From contig JAEXBA010000019.1 in assembly GCA_023457935.1 (NCBI GenBank), forward strand, positions 2,515-66,514: a DNA stretch of 64,000 nucleotides. Direction: 5' to 3'. Source of the stretch: Bacteroidota bacterium. GTDB taxonomy: Bacteria; Bacteroidota; Bacteroidia; Flavobacteriales; Weeksellaceae. Made by a program: the position numbers and the translations under genes. Each line of letters begins with the position of its first letter. The first letter of the stretch is position 1. Positions 13,248 to 23,282 of this stretch are shown here, one piece after another. The notes below the pieces were generated by a model. It was given only the letters and a program-made list of their open reading frames with translations, searched no databases and had not been told where the DNA came from.

Positions 13248-13898
13248 ATGAGAAACTTTTTCCTATTTTTGATTTCCTTTTTTCTGATTTCCTGTAACGG
13301 TCAGGACAGGAAACAGGTCGCAAATAACCCAACCAAACAAAAAATGGATTTAAATAATTTACAGAAAGTAACTTTCGGTGGCGGATGTTTCTGGTGCGTG
13401 GAAAGCTGCTTCAATATGCTGAACGGTGTTGAAAGTGCAATATCCGGATATTCCGGCGGACACACCCAAAACCCCACTTACGAAGAAGTCTGTTCGGGTG
13501 AAACCGGCCACGCAGAAGTGGTTCAGATTTCCTACGATCCGAAAATCATCTCTTATGAACAGCTTTTGGATGTATTCTTCTTTCTGCATGATCCAACGCA
13601 GCTTAACCGTCAGGGAAATGATATCGGAACCCAATACCGATCCGTTATTTACTACAGCAACGAAGCCGAAAAACTAAAAGCCGAAGAAGCGATTGCAAAA
13701 ATTGATGCTTCAGGAAAATATTCAGGAAAAGTGGTGACAGAACTTACGGCATTCCAAAAATTCTGGCCTGCGGAACAGTATCATCAGGGATACTACGAAG
13801 CCAATCCTAATCAGCCTTACTGTTCAGCAGTTGTTGGACCGAAAATCGCCAAATTCAAAAAACATTTCGGAGCAATGGGAATGGTGGAATCCGAATGA
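13248..13898 (+). CDS. msrA: peptide-methionine (S)-S-oxide reductase, probably a lipoprotein
   Basis: GGGCFWCVE catalytic motif. N-terminal lipobox FLISC. Confidence 0.9.
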   Translation: MRNFFLFLISFFLISCNGQDRKQVANNPTKQKMDLNNLQKVTFGGGCFWCVESCFNMLNGVESAISGYSGGHTQNPTYEEVCSGETGHAEVVQISYDPKIISYEQLLDVFFFLHDPTQLNRQGNDIGTQYRSVIYYSNEAEKLKAEEAIAKIDASGKYSGKVVTELTAFQKFWPAEQYHQGYYEANPNQPYCSAVVGPKIAKFKKHFGAMGMVESE

Positions 13899-13935
13899 TA
13901 AATTTCTCTCTGAGTGAGCCGAATAAAACAGAAAT

Positions 13936-14517
13936 TTAATCTGCGAGAGAATCTGATTTTTCTCTAAAAATAAAGTATCCCGCTTCACTCGGATGATCCT
14001 GAACATAGTCTTCAGGATTTTCTTTTTTAATCAGATCGTAAATCATCAGATCGCCTGCCGCACCGCCGCTCATTGCAATACCTAAAATAAGTAGCTCAGA
14101 GCTTCCGGTAATGATTCCGATAATCGCCGGCAGAATTCCAACTAAAATAAGCGGAGCCACCAATGCAACTTTATATTCTTTGATTTTAAGTGGTTCTTTA
14201 CAGTGAGCATAAGGAGCCAACGCTTTCCACATCACTCCAAATTTGACAGATCTGACACCCTTTTGTGCGTATTTTGCAAAGAAAATCCCGTGGATCAGTT
14301 CATGAAGGACCACTCCAAGAATCAGCATGACCGGTAAAGAGAGATACTTCAGAAAAATGTTATCAGATTTCAATAAAGGATTGGAATTGAAACCCCAAAC
14401 AAATAAATATGGCAAACCGAAAACCACTGCAAAAAAGGCAAAATATTTTATAGCCACCAAATTGGCTTTCATCAAATCGATGATCTTTTCCTCCTTCGTA
14501 TAGTTATCAAAATTCAT
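13936..14517 (-). CDS. DUF3267-like membrane protein (putative zincin, HExxH)
   Basis: Several TM segments and an HELIHG motif. Confidence 0.55.
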   Translation of the reverse strand: MNFDNYTKEEKIIDLMKANLVAIKYFAFFAVVFGLPYLFVWGFNSNPLLKSDNIFLKYLSLPVMLILGVVLHELIHGIFFAKYAQKGVRSVKFGVMWKALAPYAHCKEPLKIKEYKVALVAPLILVGILPAIIGIITGSSELLILGIAMSGGAAGDLMIYDLIKKENPEDYVQDHPSEAGYFIFREKSDSLAD

Positions 14518-14521
14518 ACTT

Positions 14522-14971
14522 TTATTTCCTGATCATTTCCGTGTGCGGAATATCATCTTCCAAATACTTTATTCCGGTATCTTCAAATCCAAATTCGCTA
14601 TAAAATTTCAGCAGATAATCCTGTGCAGAAATCCTAATTTCAGAAGTTCTGAATCTGTTCTCAACCGTTTCAACCGCATATTTCATCAACTGTCTTCCCA
14701 AATTTTTGCCGCGGCTGTTTTCGGTGGTCAGAACTCTACCGATTGAGCACACTTCGTACTTAATTCCTTTGTTGAAAATTCTGCAGTAAGCCAGAGCCTC
14801 ACCGTTTTCTTCCGCCCAAAGATGAATGGCTTCTTTATCGTAACCATCCAGATCAGGATACGGACAGTTCTGCTCTACCACGAAAACATCAATTCTTGCT
14901 TTCAGAATGCTGTACAGTTCAGTAGCTATAAGTTCGTTAAAGCTCTTGATTTTCCAGACAGGTTTATTCAT
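14522..14971 (-). CDS. GNAT-family N-acetyltransferase (ElaA-like)
   Basis: 149 aa with an [10 protein letters not shown] acetyl-CoA loop. Confidence 0.7.
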   Translation of the reverse strand: MNKPVWKIKSFNELIATELYSILKARIDVFVVEQNCPYPDLDGYDKEAIHLWAEENGEALAYCRIFNKGIKYEVCSIGRVLTTENSRGKNLGRQLMKYAVETVENRFRTSEIRISAQDYLLKFYSEFGFEDTGIKYLEDDIPHTEMIRK

Positions 14972-15587
14972 CGAACTTTACATGGTTTTTCTCAAGGAAG
15001 TCGTTGGTTTTCTCAATAAAATTCAAAATTTCTTCTGTGCCTTCTTTCTTTTCAGCAGACGTTACATAGATTTCCGGCAGATCTTCCCACGTTTTCAGTA
15101 ATTCATTACGGTAATCTTCAACATTTTTTAGCGCTGCATTGGGTTTGAGTTTGTCCGCCTTGGTAAATACAATCGAAAAAGGCACTCCGCTTTCGCCGCA
15201 CCATTCAATAAACTCAAGGTCAATTTTCTGAGGCGTGTGGCGGGCATCAATCAGTACAAAAAGGTTCACCAGATTCCGGCGGTTCAGGATATAGTTGGTA
15301 ATCAGTTTTTCAAAGTCTTTGCGCTGAACTTTCGAAACTTTAGCATAACCGTAACCCGGTAAATCCGTCAGATACCAGTTTTCATTCACCAAAAAATTAT
15401 TGATAAGCTGTGTTTTTCCAGGCGTCTGAGAGGTTTTCGCAAGATCCTTCCGGTTCATCATCGCATTAATCAGTGAAGATTTTCCAACGTTTGAACGTCC
15501 GATGAACGCGTATTCCGGCATTGTGGGCTCTGGGCATTCCTGCCATTTCCCTGAACTTTTTACAAATTCTGCAGTTTTAATCACCAT
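14964..15587 (-). CDS. yihA: ribosome-biogenesis GTPase YihA/EngB
   Basis: [12 protein letters not shown] (G1), DLPGYG (G3) and TKADK (G4). It overlaps the downstream GNAT gene by 8 nt. Confidence 0.9.
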   Translation of the reverse strand: MVIKTAEFVKSSGKWQECPEPTMPEYAFIGRSNVGKSSLINAMMNRKDLAKTSQTPGKTQLINNFLVNENWYLTDLPGYGYAKVSKVQRKDFEKLITNYILNRRNLVNLFVLIDARHTPQKIDLEFIEWCGESGVPFSIVFTKADKLKPNAALKNVEDYRNELLKTWEDLPEIYVTSAEKKEGTEEILNFIEKTNDFLEKNHVKFDE

Positions 15588-15644
15588 ATAGATAGAATTT
15601 GGAACCTTGACGGCGGTTAGGTTATGAAGTTAATTATTATTTAT

Positions 15645-15676
15645 GAAAAAGCATTTCATTGATTAAACGAAATGCT
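15645..15676 (-). terminator. rho-independent terminator after the alpha/beta hydrolase gene
   Basis: AGCATTTC/GAAATGCT stem followed by TTTTT on the minus strand. Confidence 0.6.
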
Positions 15677-15713
15677 CTTTTATTATTTGTGAAACCCTTT
15701 AAAGGGCGGTATT

Positions 15714-16475
15714 TTACTTTCTGCTTTGAAGCCAGTTGTAGAGAATCTGGTTAAATTCGTCCGGTTTCTCCATCATCGCGGCGTGTCCGCACTTGTCGAT
15801 CCAGAACAGTTGTGAATCCGGAATCAGCTTATCCATTGCTTCAGCCACATCAGGCGGTGTAACATTATCCTGTTTTCCCCAGATGATGCAGGTTGGCGTC
15901 TTAATCTTGTGAAGTTCAGGCTCCATATTGTGTTTGATGGCGCTCCGCGCAAGCATTACCGTTTTGATGCCTTTTCCGCGGTCGTTCACTACAGAAAAAA
16001 CTTCATCTACCAGTTCTTCAGTGGCTACTGCAGGATCATAAAAAACTTCCTCTGCTTTCTTACGGATATAATCGCGGTCGTTTTTACGCGGAAAACTGTC
16101 TCCGAAACTTCTTTCGTACAGTCCCGAACTTCCCGTAAGAACAAGATGCTTCACCAAATCCGGTCTTGAAAGCGTCAGAATAAGTCCTACGTGGCCACCC
16201 ATTGAATTTCCGACAACCGTTGCGGGCTCCTTCACTACTTCTTCAATAAATTTTGCCACAAACTTGGCAAGCGAGGTAAGATTGGTATTGAGAACCGAAA
16301 GATCGTAAATCGGCAGATTGGGAAAATATACTTTATACCCTTTTGACGAAAAAAAATCAATCAGCGTCGTAAAATTGCTCAGCCCGCCCATAAGGCCCTG
16401 CAGCAGGACGATTGGTTGACCTTCGCCTTCCTCAATATAATTGAATTTCGTCTCTTTTTTCGTCTTAAATAACAT
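15714..16475 (-). CDS. alpha/beta hydrolase
   Basis: GNSMGG nucleophile elbow and a C-terminal CGH motif. The ATG at 16475 lies 20 nt downstream of a TACTTTTG box (16496-16503). Confidence 0.7.
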   Translation of the reverse strand: MLFKTKKETKFNYIEEGEGQPIVLLQGLMGGLSNFTTLIDFFSSKGYKVYFPNLPIYDLSVLNTNLTSLAKFVAKFIEEVVKEPATVVGNSMGGHVGLILTLSRPDLVKHLVLTGSSGLYERSFGDSFPRKNDRDYIRKKAEEVFYDPAVATEELVDEVFSVVNDRGKGIKTVMLARSAIKHNMEPELHKIKTPTCIIWGKQDNVTPPDVAEAMDKLIPDSQLFWIDKCGHAAMMEKPDEFNQILYNWLQSRK

Positions 16476-16495
16476 ATAGTGTAATGTCGTACAGG

Positions 16496-16503
16496 CAAAA
16501 GTA
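16496..16503 (-). promoter_or_regulatory. -7 box for the alpha/beta hydrolase gene
   Basis: TACTTTTG on the minus strand, 20 nt before the ATG at 16475. Confidence 0.45.
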
Positions 16504-16672
16504 CGAATAAAGAACAATAGTTTTTTATTTCATCAAAATTATTGAACGAAATTTTACAATTATGTAAACATTTAACAGCATTTAACAAGCTGTGACCTGC
16601 ATAATATTCTGTTTTGCATAACTCTTTTTTAATCAGTGGATTACCATTAATAATCAAAACTTATTAACATTA

Positions 16673-16700
16673 AGTCAAAAAGTGGGAAAAAGTGGGAAAT
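16673..16700 (+). promoter_or_regulatory. putative MraZ operator: tandem 10-nt AGTGGGAAAA / AGTGGGAAAT repeats
   Basis: Two adjacent GTGGG-containing decamers at 16681-16700, with a degenerate AGTCAAAA copy just upstream. They sit 17 nt upstream of the mraZ -7 box. Confidence 0.6.
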
Positions 16701-16716
16701 TTTAGAAATAAATATA

Positions 16717-16724
16717 TAAATTTG
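16717..16724 (+). promoter_or_regulatory. -7 box of the dcw (mraZ) promoter
   Basis: TAAATTTG, only 6 nt before the mraZ ATG at 16731. Confidence 0.5.
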
Positions 16725-16730
16725 TCCCAA

Positions 16731-17195
16731 ATGATTAATTTCTACGAGACATACGAGTGCAAAATTGATGACAAAGGGCGGCTGAAGCTTCCTTCGTCAT
16801 TGGTAAAGCTGCTTGAAGCCACAGAGAATAAAAACTTTGTGGTAAAGCGCTCTGTTGCACGCAAATGCCTAGAAATTTATCCAATGTCGCCATGGGAAAA
16901 AATCATGGCAAAAATAAACAAGCTGAACCGTTTCGTAACAGAAAATGCAGATTTTATCCGTGTTTTTACGGCTGGAGTAAAAAATATTGAACTTGATGCT
17001 TCGGAGCGAGTTCTTATTCCAAAAGATCTTAAAGCATTTGCGGAACTTTCCAAAGATGTAGTAATCGCCGGTGCCGGTGAAATTTTTGAAGTTTGGGACA
17101 AAGCAGCTTATGAAGCAATTATCTCTATCAGTCAGGAAGATTTTGCCAAACTATCCGAACGGGTAATGGGCAACATCAGTTTTGATGAAGAGTAA
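16731..17195 (+). CDS. mraZ: division/cell wall cluster transcriptional regulator MraZ
   Basis: MINFYETYECKIDDKGRLKLP and a second SpoVT/AbrB-like half (LDASERVLIP). It is the first gene of the dcw cluster. Confidence 0.9.
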   Translation: MINFYETYECKIDDKGRLKLPSSLVKLLEATENKNFVVKRSVARKCLEIYPMSPWEKIMAKINKLNRFVTENADFIRVFTAGVKNIELDASERVLIPKDLKAFAELSKDVVIAGAGEIFEVWDKAAYEAIISISQEDFAKLSERVMGNISFDEE

Positions 17196-17216
17196 CCTGA
17201 AACACAAATAAAAATC

Positions 17217-18119
17217 TTGGAACAAGCCTATCACGTGCCGGTTTTGCTGACGAAAAGTGTAGACGATCTGGTGACAGATCCGGACGGCATTTATGTGGAC
17301 TGCACTTTTGGAGGCGGCGGACATTCCCGTGAGATTCTGAAAAGACTCTCCGACAAAGGCAAGCTGTACGCATTTGACCAAGATCTTGATGCACTGGAAA
17401 ATAAAATTGATGATCCTAGATTCACACTGATTAACCAGAATTTCAGGTTTCTTGAGAATTCGCTGCTGATGTATGGAATTACACAGGTAGACGGAGTTCT
17501 TGCAGATCTGGGCGTTTCTTCCCATCAGTTTGATGAAGCAGAACGCGGATTTTCTACCAGAAGCGATGCACCGCTGGATATGAGAATGAATGTTAAGCAG
17601 CATCTGGACGCCAAAAAGGTGGTGAACGATTATGAAGAAGAACACCTTGCAGACATCTTTTATCATTACGGTGAGCTGCGCGAAGCACGGAAACTGGCAA
17701 GAGAAATTGTTCATCACCGGAAAACAAAGAAAATTGCAACAACGGAAGACCTTAAGAAACTCTTCAGTTACATTCCGCCGCACAAGCAGAATAAATTTTT
17801 TGCGCAGGTTTTCCAGGCCATCAGAATTGAGGTGAATCAGGAACTTGAAGTGCTGAAAGACATGCTTCTTCAGGCATACAAAATCCTGAAACCGGGCGGC
17901 AGACTGGTGGTTATTTCCTACCACTCACTGGAAGACCGTTTGGCAAAGCGTTTCCTGAAAAACGGAATGTTTGAAGGTGAACCGGAAAGAGACATCTACG
18001 GAAACTATGCAAAAGCTTTTGAACTCCTGCAGAGCAAAGCTACCGTTCCGGACAATGATGAAATTGAAGAAAACTCGCGCGCAAGAAGTGCGAAACTCAG
18101 AACAGGAATCAAATTGTAA
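17217..18119 (+). CDS. rsmH: 16S rRNA (cytosine1402-N4)-methyltransferase
   Basis: YHVPVLL, DCTFGGGGHS, DLGVSSHQ and SYHSLEDR motifs. The apparent start codon is TTG. Confidence 0.93.
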   Translation: MEQAYHVPVLLTKSVDDLVTDPDGIYVDCTFGGGGHSREILKRLSDKGKLYAFDQDLDALENKIDDPRFTLINQNFRFLENSLLMYGITQVDGVLADLGVSSHQFDEAERGFSTRSDAPLDMRMNVKQHLDAKKVVNDYEEEHLADIFYHYGELREARKLAREIVHHRKTKKIATTEDLKKLFSYIPPHKQNKFFAQVFQAIRIEVNQELEVLKDMLLQAYKILKPGGRLVVISYHSLEDRLAKRFLKNGMFEGEPERDIYGNYAKAFELLQSKATVPDNDEIEENSRARSAKLRTGIKL

Positions 18120-18155
18120 GACATGAGATTTCAGACACAGGACAACAAACAAAAA

Positions 18156-18180
18156 ATCTGAAATCTGAAATCTGAAATCT
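18156..18180 (+). repeat. tandem heptanucleotide repeat (TCTGAAA)x3.5 in the rsmH-ftsL spacer
   Basis: ATCTGAAATCTGAAATCTGAAATCT read directly. The inverted copy AGATTTCAGA lies at 18126-18135. Confidence 0.9.
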
Positions 18181-18184
18181 ATAG

Positions 18185-18553
18185 ATGGCAAAAAGAACAA
18201 CAAAAAGGCCTCAGAAAAAACTCACTTTCATCGATCTGCTGAAGGGTAATTTTCTGAACCGCGACGAGCTGAAAGTGCATTACAAGTATTTTCTGCTCCT
18301 GTTTGTTCTGATGATGATTATGATTTACAGCAACCATTTGGTTAACCAAAAAATAGAAATAGTAAATGATTTGAAAGAGCAGACGGAAGAATACAAATCC
18401 CGCAATGCCTTTGCCCAAAGCCGACTGATTAAAGTAAGAATGGAATCGGAACTGGGAAAGGAAATGGTTCAGGATTCTCTTTTGCCGCTGGAAAATCATC
18501 CACATAAATTACTGATAAAACTGGACAGCACTGATGCCAACAAAACAGAATGA
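18185..18553 (+). CDS. ftsL: FtsL-like cell division protein
   Basis: 122 aa, a single TM helix (YFLLLFVLMMIMIY) followed by a coiled-coil region. Position between rsmH and ftsI supports the call. Confidence 0.65.
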   Translation: MAKRTTKRPQKKLTFIDLLKGNFLNRDELKVHYKYFLLLFVLMMIMIYSNHLVNQKIEIVNDLKEQTEEYKSRNAFAQSRLIKVRMESELGKEMVQDSLLPLENHPHKLLIKLDSTDANKTE

Positions 18554-20525
18554 ATACGAAACTAAGCGCTCAAAAACGCTGAAGTGGGGCTACCTTTTCG
18601 CAGGGGTGGCCATCGTTGTTTTTCTGATGTTTCTGATCAGGATTGTTCAGATTCAGAACACCAATGTAGCCGAAATAAAAGCTGATTATATCAACAGCAA
18701 CTACCGTGAAGCAACTTTAAAAGCTGCACGCGGAAACCTTTACGCTTCCGACGGGTCCATTCTTGCCACCACCGTGATGCGTTACGACATTTACATTGAC
18801 TTCAAAACTATCAGAGATACCGTTTACAGCAATAATATTGGCCCACTTACAGATTCTCTGAGCAGAATGTTCGATAAGCCTAGAAGCTATTTCAGACAGC
18901 GTCTGGACGATCAGAAAGCCAAGAAAAATCAGTATTATTCATTAGTTCGCGGGCTGGACTTTGATGAGTACGACCGTATCCGGCAGTTTCCGATTTTCAA
19001 AAAGGGAAAACACCGGGGCGGATTTATCGTAGACCGGAATTACAAGCGTGAACTCGCTACGACAGAAATCGGCGTCGGAACAATCGGAATGGATGACCAC
19101 CGCGGAAAAGCCGGTTTGGAAGCGGCTTTCTCAAAATACCTCAGCGGAACCGACGGGAAGCGACTGGAGCAAAGAATCAACTCCAGCCAGTGGAAACCGA
19201 TTGATTACTGGAAAGTTCAGGATCCGGTGGACGGACAGGATGTTTACACCACTCTCGACCTCAGAATACAGGATATTGCCACTTCCGCACTTGAAAAACA
19301 GCTGATTAACTTCGATGCTGAACACGGCTGCGTTGTGGTGATGGAAACCGAAACCGGAAAAGTGAAAGCCATGGTGAATCTTCGCAGAACTGAACCGGGA
19401 ATCTATGTGGATGCTTACAATTACATTCTTAAAGACGGAATTGAGCCGGGTTCTACTTTCAAAACGGTATCTCTGCTGGCCGCAATGGACGACGGTTTTA
19501 TTAATGAAAACACAACAGTAAACGTTGGTGGCGGCGTATGGAATTATGCCGGACAGCGTATTTCCGACGGTCATGGTGGCGGAACTTATGAAATCAGCGA
19601 TGTTTTGGCGAAGTCGAGCAATGTAGGAACCGCAAAGCTGATTACCCAATATTACGCTGAAAAACCTCAGGTATTCCTCGACCATCTCAAGAGATGGAAA
19701 ATGTTCGAAAAAATGGATATTGAACTGCCGGGAATAACCAAACCGTTTGTTTACACTCCTGAACACAAGCGCTGGAACGCCGCAACACTGGCCTCAATAT
19801 CATACGGTTATTCAACAAATTTCAATCTTCTGCAGCTGACGACATTCTATAACGGAATTGCAAACGGCGGACAGATGCTAAAACCGCTCTTCATCGACAA
19901 AATTATGAAAGACGGACAGGTAATGTATGAAGCAAAACCGCAGGTTCTGGTCAACAAAATGGCTTCAAAGGAAGCAATCACGATGATGACCCACGCTTTA
20001 ACAAAAGCGGTTGAAAAAGGAACTGCGAAAAGTATCTTCACGCCGAACCTTAAAATGGCTGGAAAAACGGGTACCGCAAGATTCGAATACTGGCTTCCGG
20101 GAAAAATGAAATACCGCTCATCGTTTGCAGGATTTTATCCGGCTGACAGTCCCAAATATACCTGCTATGTTATGGTAAGCGAACCCGATGTTTCAAAAGG
20201 GTTTTACGGATCTACAGTGGCAGCGCCGGTTTTTAAGGAAATCGCCGGTAAAACATTCCTGAAAACACCACAGAATATCGAACAGAACCTTCTTGTCAAC
20301 AAAAAAGTTGATATGAGTAAACTGGTTGAACCCAACAGGAAAATTGCGTTCAACGGAACAATGCCAAATGTAACCGGTTTAATCGGAAAAAATATAATTC
20401 CTCAGCTTGAAAACCAAGGTTACCGCGTTGATTATAAAGGTGTTGGAAGGATAAAGGAGCAGTTTCCTTCAGAAGGAACCGTCATCAGCAAAAACCAAAA
20501 AATATATCTTAAACTTCAGTATTAA
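18534..20525 (+). CDS. ftsI: penicillin-binding protein (FtsI/PBP3-type transpeptidase)
   Basis: N-terminal TM helix, STFK active-site motif (GSTFKTV), KTGT motif and a C-terminal PASTA-like region. Confidence 0.9.
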   Translation: MPTKQNEYETKRSKTLKWGYLFAGVAIVVFLMFLIRIVQIQNTNVAEIKADYINSNYREATLKAARGNLYASDGSILATTVMRYDIYIDFKTIRDTVYSNNIGPLTDSLSRMFDKPRSYFRQRLDDQKAKKNQYYSLVRGLDFDEYDRIRQFPIFKKGKHRGGFIVDRNYKRELATTEIGVGTIGMDDHRGKAGLEAAFSKYLSGTDGKRLEQRINSSQWKPIDYWKVQDPVDGQDVYTTLDLRIQDIATSALEKQLINFDAEHGCVVVMETETGKVKAMVNLRRTEPGIYVDAYNYILKDGIEPGSTFKTVSLLAAMDDGFINENTTVNVGGGVWNYAGQRISDGHGGGTYEISDVLAKSSNVGTAKLITQYYAEKPQVFLDHLKRWKMFEKMDIELPGITKPFVYTPEHKRWNAATLASISYGYSTNFNLLQLTTFYNGIANGGQMLKPLFIDKIMKDGQVMYEAKPQVLVNKMASKEAITMMTHALTKAVEKGTAKSIFTPNLKMAGKTGTARFEYWLPGKMKYRSSFAGFYPADSPKYTCYVMVSEPDVSKGFYGSTVAAPVFKEIAGKTFLKTPQNIEQNLLVNKKVDMSKLVEPNRKIAFNGTMPNVTGLIGKNIIPQLENQGYRVDYKGVGRIKEQFPSEGTVISKNQKIYLKLQY

Positions 20526-20527
20526 AT

Positions 20528-21988
20528 ATGAATCTTACAGCATTATTAAACAGAATCCCTGTTTTGGAAACCATCGGTGAAGTGAACCGCGAAGTTTCTG
20601 AAATTATTTTCGACAGCAGAAAAGTTGTTGAAGGGTCGCTGTATGCTGCTTTAAGAGGAACGGTTTCAGACGGTCACAGCTATATTGATGCAGCCATAGA
20701 AAAAGGCGCAGAAGTTATTATCTGCGAAGAAATTCCATCAGAAAGAAAAGAAAATATCACTTACATCAAAGTGAAAGATTCTTCCAAAACGCTCGGGCAG
20801 ATTGCCAGTAATTTTTATGGAAATCCTTCTGAAAAACTTGATCTGATCGGAATTACCGGAACTAACGGAAAAACTTCAACAACTACTCTGCTTTTTGATA
20901 TCTTCAGGAATTTAGGTTTTAAATCTGCCTTGATTTCAACTGTTGAATACAGAATTGCAGATGAAGTAATTCCGTCAACACACACCACTCCGGATGTCAT
21001 CAGACTGAACCAAATGCTTGCAAAAGCAGTAGAGGCCGGTTGCGAATACGCGTTCATGGAAGTATCGTCGCACGGAATCCATCAGAACAGAACCGAAGGT
21101 CTACAGTTTAAAGTGGCCGGTTTTACCAATATTACGCATGATCATCTTGATTATCACAAGACTTTTGACGAATATCTGAAAACGAAGAAAAGGTTTTTTG
21201 ATGAACTGAACGAAGATGCTGTCGCAATTAGCAATGCCGATGACAAAAATGGCAGTGTAATGCTTCAGAACACTTCTGCAACGAAGAAATCCTATGCTCT
21301 GAAAACAATGGCTGATTATCACGGTCGCCTTCTGGAAGCAGATTTCAACGGAATGCTGCTGAATTTCAACGGTAAGGAATTCTGGACAACACTGACCGGA
21401 AAATTCAACGTTTATAATCTTTTGCTGGCTTATGCAGTTGCAGTTGAACTGGGTTTTCATGAAGAAGATGTTCTGCAGGCAATTTCAAAGTTATCCCGTG
21501 TAAAAGGAAGATTCGAAACGATAAAATCGCCGTCAGGAATTTTCTTCGTGGTGGATTATGCTCATACTCCGGACGCTTTGGAAAACATTCTGGACAGCAT
21601 CAACGAAATCCGCACAAAAAATGAACGGCTGATCATTGTTTTTGGTTGTGGCGGCGACCGCGATCATGCAAAAAGACCGGAAATGGCAAAAATTGCGACA
21701 AGGAAATCAACGCTGGCAATCATCACGTCAGACAATCCGCGAACAGAAGATCCGAACGCAATTATCAAGGAAATTGAAACCGGTGTTGAACCGCAGTATT
21801 TCAGCAAATACACTTCAATTCCCGACAGAAAAGAAGCCATAAAGATGGCAATAAAATTTGCCGAACCTAAAGATATCATCCTGGTGGCAGGAAAAGGACA
21901 CGAAAATTATCAGGAAATCAACGGAATAAAGCATCATTTCGATGATAAGGAAGTGATTGATGATTTATTGAAACTAATGGGAAAATAA
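20528..21988 (+). CDS. murE: UDP-N-acetylmuramoyl-L-alanyl-D-glutamate--2,6-diaminopimelate ligase
   Basis: GITGTNGKTS P-loop and a DNPR motif (TSDNPRTEDP). Confidence 0.93.
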   Translation: MNLTALLNRIPVLETIGEVNREVSEIIFDSRKVVEGSLYAALRGTVSDGHSYIDAAIEKGAEVIICEEIPSERKENITYIKVKDSSKTLGQIASNFYGNPSEKLDLIGITGTNGKTSTTTLLFDIFRNLGFKSALISTVEYRIADEVIPSTHTTPDVIRLNQMLAKAVEAGCEYAFMEVSSHGIHQNRTEGLQFKVAGFTNITHDHLDYHKTFDEYLKTKKRFFDELNEDAVAISNADDKNGSVMLQNTSATKKSYALKTMADYHGRLLEADFNGMLLNFNGKEFWTTLTGKFNVYNLLLAYAVAVELGFHEEDVLQAISKLSRVKGRFETIKSPSGIFFVVDYAHTPDALENILDSINEIRTKNERLIIVFGCGGDRDHAKRPEMAKIATRKSTLAIITSDNPRTEDPNAIIKEIETGVEPQYFSKYTSIPDRKEAIKMAIKFAEPKDIILVAGKGHENYQEINGIKHHFDDKEVIDDLLKLMGK

Positions 21989-21989
21989 A

Positions 21990-22017
21990 AACCTTGAACC
22001 TTAAACTTTGAACTAAA
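21990..22017 (+). repeat. tandem heptads AACCTTG AACCTTA AACTTTG AACTAAA filling the murE-mraY spacer
   Basis: Read directly. The repeat runs into the mraY ATG. Confidence 0.85.
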
Positions 22018-23258
22018 TGTTATACTACCTCTACGAATACCTTACATCACACGGAATCCACATTCCGGGGATGAACCTTTTCCGTTACATTTCGTTCAGA
22101 GCGGCAATGGCAGTGCTTTTTTCACTGCTTATTGCAATGGTTTACGGAAAAAGAATCATCAACTATCTGCGTAACAAACAGATGGGGGAAATGGTTCGCG
22201 ATCTGGGTCTGGAAGGGCAAAAACAGAAAGAAGGAACACCTACAATGGGCGGCCTGATTATCATTCTGGCTACATTAATTCCCGTTTTGCTTTTTACAAG
22301 ATTTATGAATGTTTACATTCTGCTGCTCATCGTGTCAGTAATATGGATGGGCGGAATTGGATTTCTTGATGATTATCTGAAAAAAATCAAGAAAAACAAG
22401 GATGGCTTAAGTGGTAAATTCAAGGTTATCGGTCAGGTCGGTTTAGGCCTGATCGTCGGGATTACGATGTATTTTCACTCAGATATCACCGTGAAAAGAA
22501 AATATGCCGATGCGTCGATTGTAAACCGCAACAACGTAGAGCAAAACTTTATGCCTACCGAAAAATCAACAGTATCTACGGTTCCGTTTTTCAAAAACAA
22601 TGAGTTCGATTACAGCAAAATCCTTTTTTGGATGGATGAAAAAGAACAGGAAGAAAATGCCTGGATGGTCTTCATTCCTATTGTGATTTTCATTGTAACT
22701 GCCGTATCCAACGGAGCAAACATTACGGACGGAATTGACGGTCTCGCCGCCGGAACCAGCACGATAATACTCCTGACACTTGCGTTTCTGGCGTACGTTT
22801 CCGGAAACATCATCTTTGCGGATTATCTGAATATTATGTTTCTCCCCAACATGGGTGAAGCCACCATTTTCGCCATTGCGATGGTAGGAGCCGTCATCGG
22901 ATTTTTCTGGTACAACACCTATCCTGCGCAGGTGTTTATGGGCGACACAGGAAGTCTGATGCTGGGCGGAGTAATTGCTGTTTTGGCGGTAGTCCTTAGA
23001 AAAGAACTGCTGATTCCGGTGCTTTGCGGAATTTTCCTTGTTGAAAATATTTCTGTGATGCTTCAGGTTGCGGTATTCAAATACAGAAAAAGAAAATACG
23101 GGCTGGAATATGCCCAAAACAACCGGCTTTTCAAGATGTCGCCTCTGCACCATCATTATCAGAAGGAAGGATATCATGAAAGCAAAATCGTAAACAGAAT
23201 GATCATCATCGGCGTTATGCTGGCGATTATCTGTCTGATTACACTGAAGGTTCGATAA
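22017..23258 (+). CDS. mraY: phospho-N-acetylmuramoyl-pentapeptide transferase
   Basis: Polytopic membrane protein with [18 protein letters not shown] and MGDTGSL motifs. Confidence 0.95.
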   Translation: MLYYLYEYLTSHGIHIPGMNLFRYISFRAAMAVLFSLLIAMVYGKRIINYLRNKQMGEMVRDLGLEGQKQKEGTPTMGGLIIILATLIPVLLFTRFMNVYILLLIVSVIWMGGIGFLDDYLKKIKKNKDGLSGKFKVIGQVGLGLIVGITMYFHSDITVKRKYADASIVNRNNVEQNFMPTEKSTVSTVPFFKNNEFDYSKILFWMDEKEQEENAWMVFIPIVIFIVTAVSNGANITDGIDGLAAGTSTIILLTLAFLAYVSGNIIFADYLNIMFLPNMGEATIFAIAMVGAVIGFFWYNTYPAQVFMGDTGSLMLGGVIAVLAVVLRKELLIPVLCGIFLVENISVMLQVAVFKYRKRKYGLEYAQNNRLFKMSPLHHHYQKEGYHESKIVNRMIIIGVMLAIICLITLKVR

Positions 23259-23282
23259 AAATAGAAAGAAAGAGAAGAGTTT

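Noticed and set aside
17151-17924. 257-aa ORF antisense to rsmH.
   Set aside because: Same reasoning: it is opposite a conserved gene, has no motif or signal, and has no promoter box.
18156-18180. Possibility that the short tandem repeats (also at 28372-28420) represent a CRISPR array.
   Set aside because: The units are only 7 nt long, are contiguous without spacers, and no cas genes are nearby.
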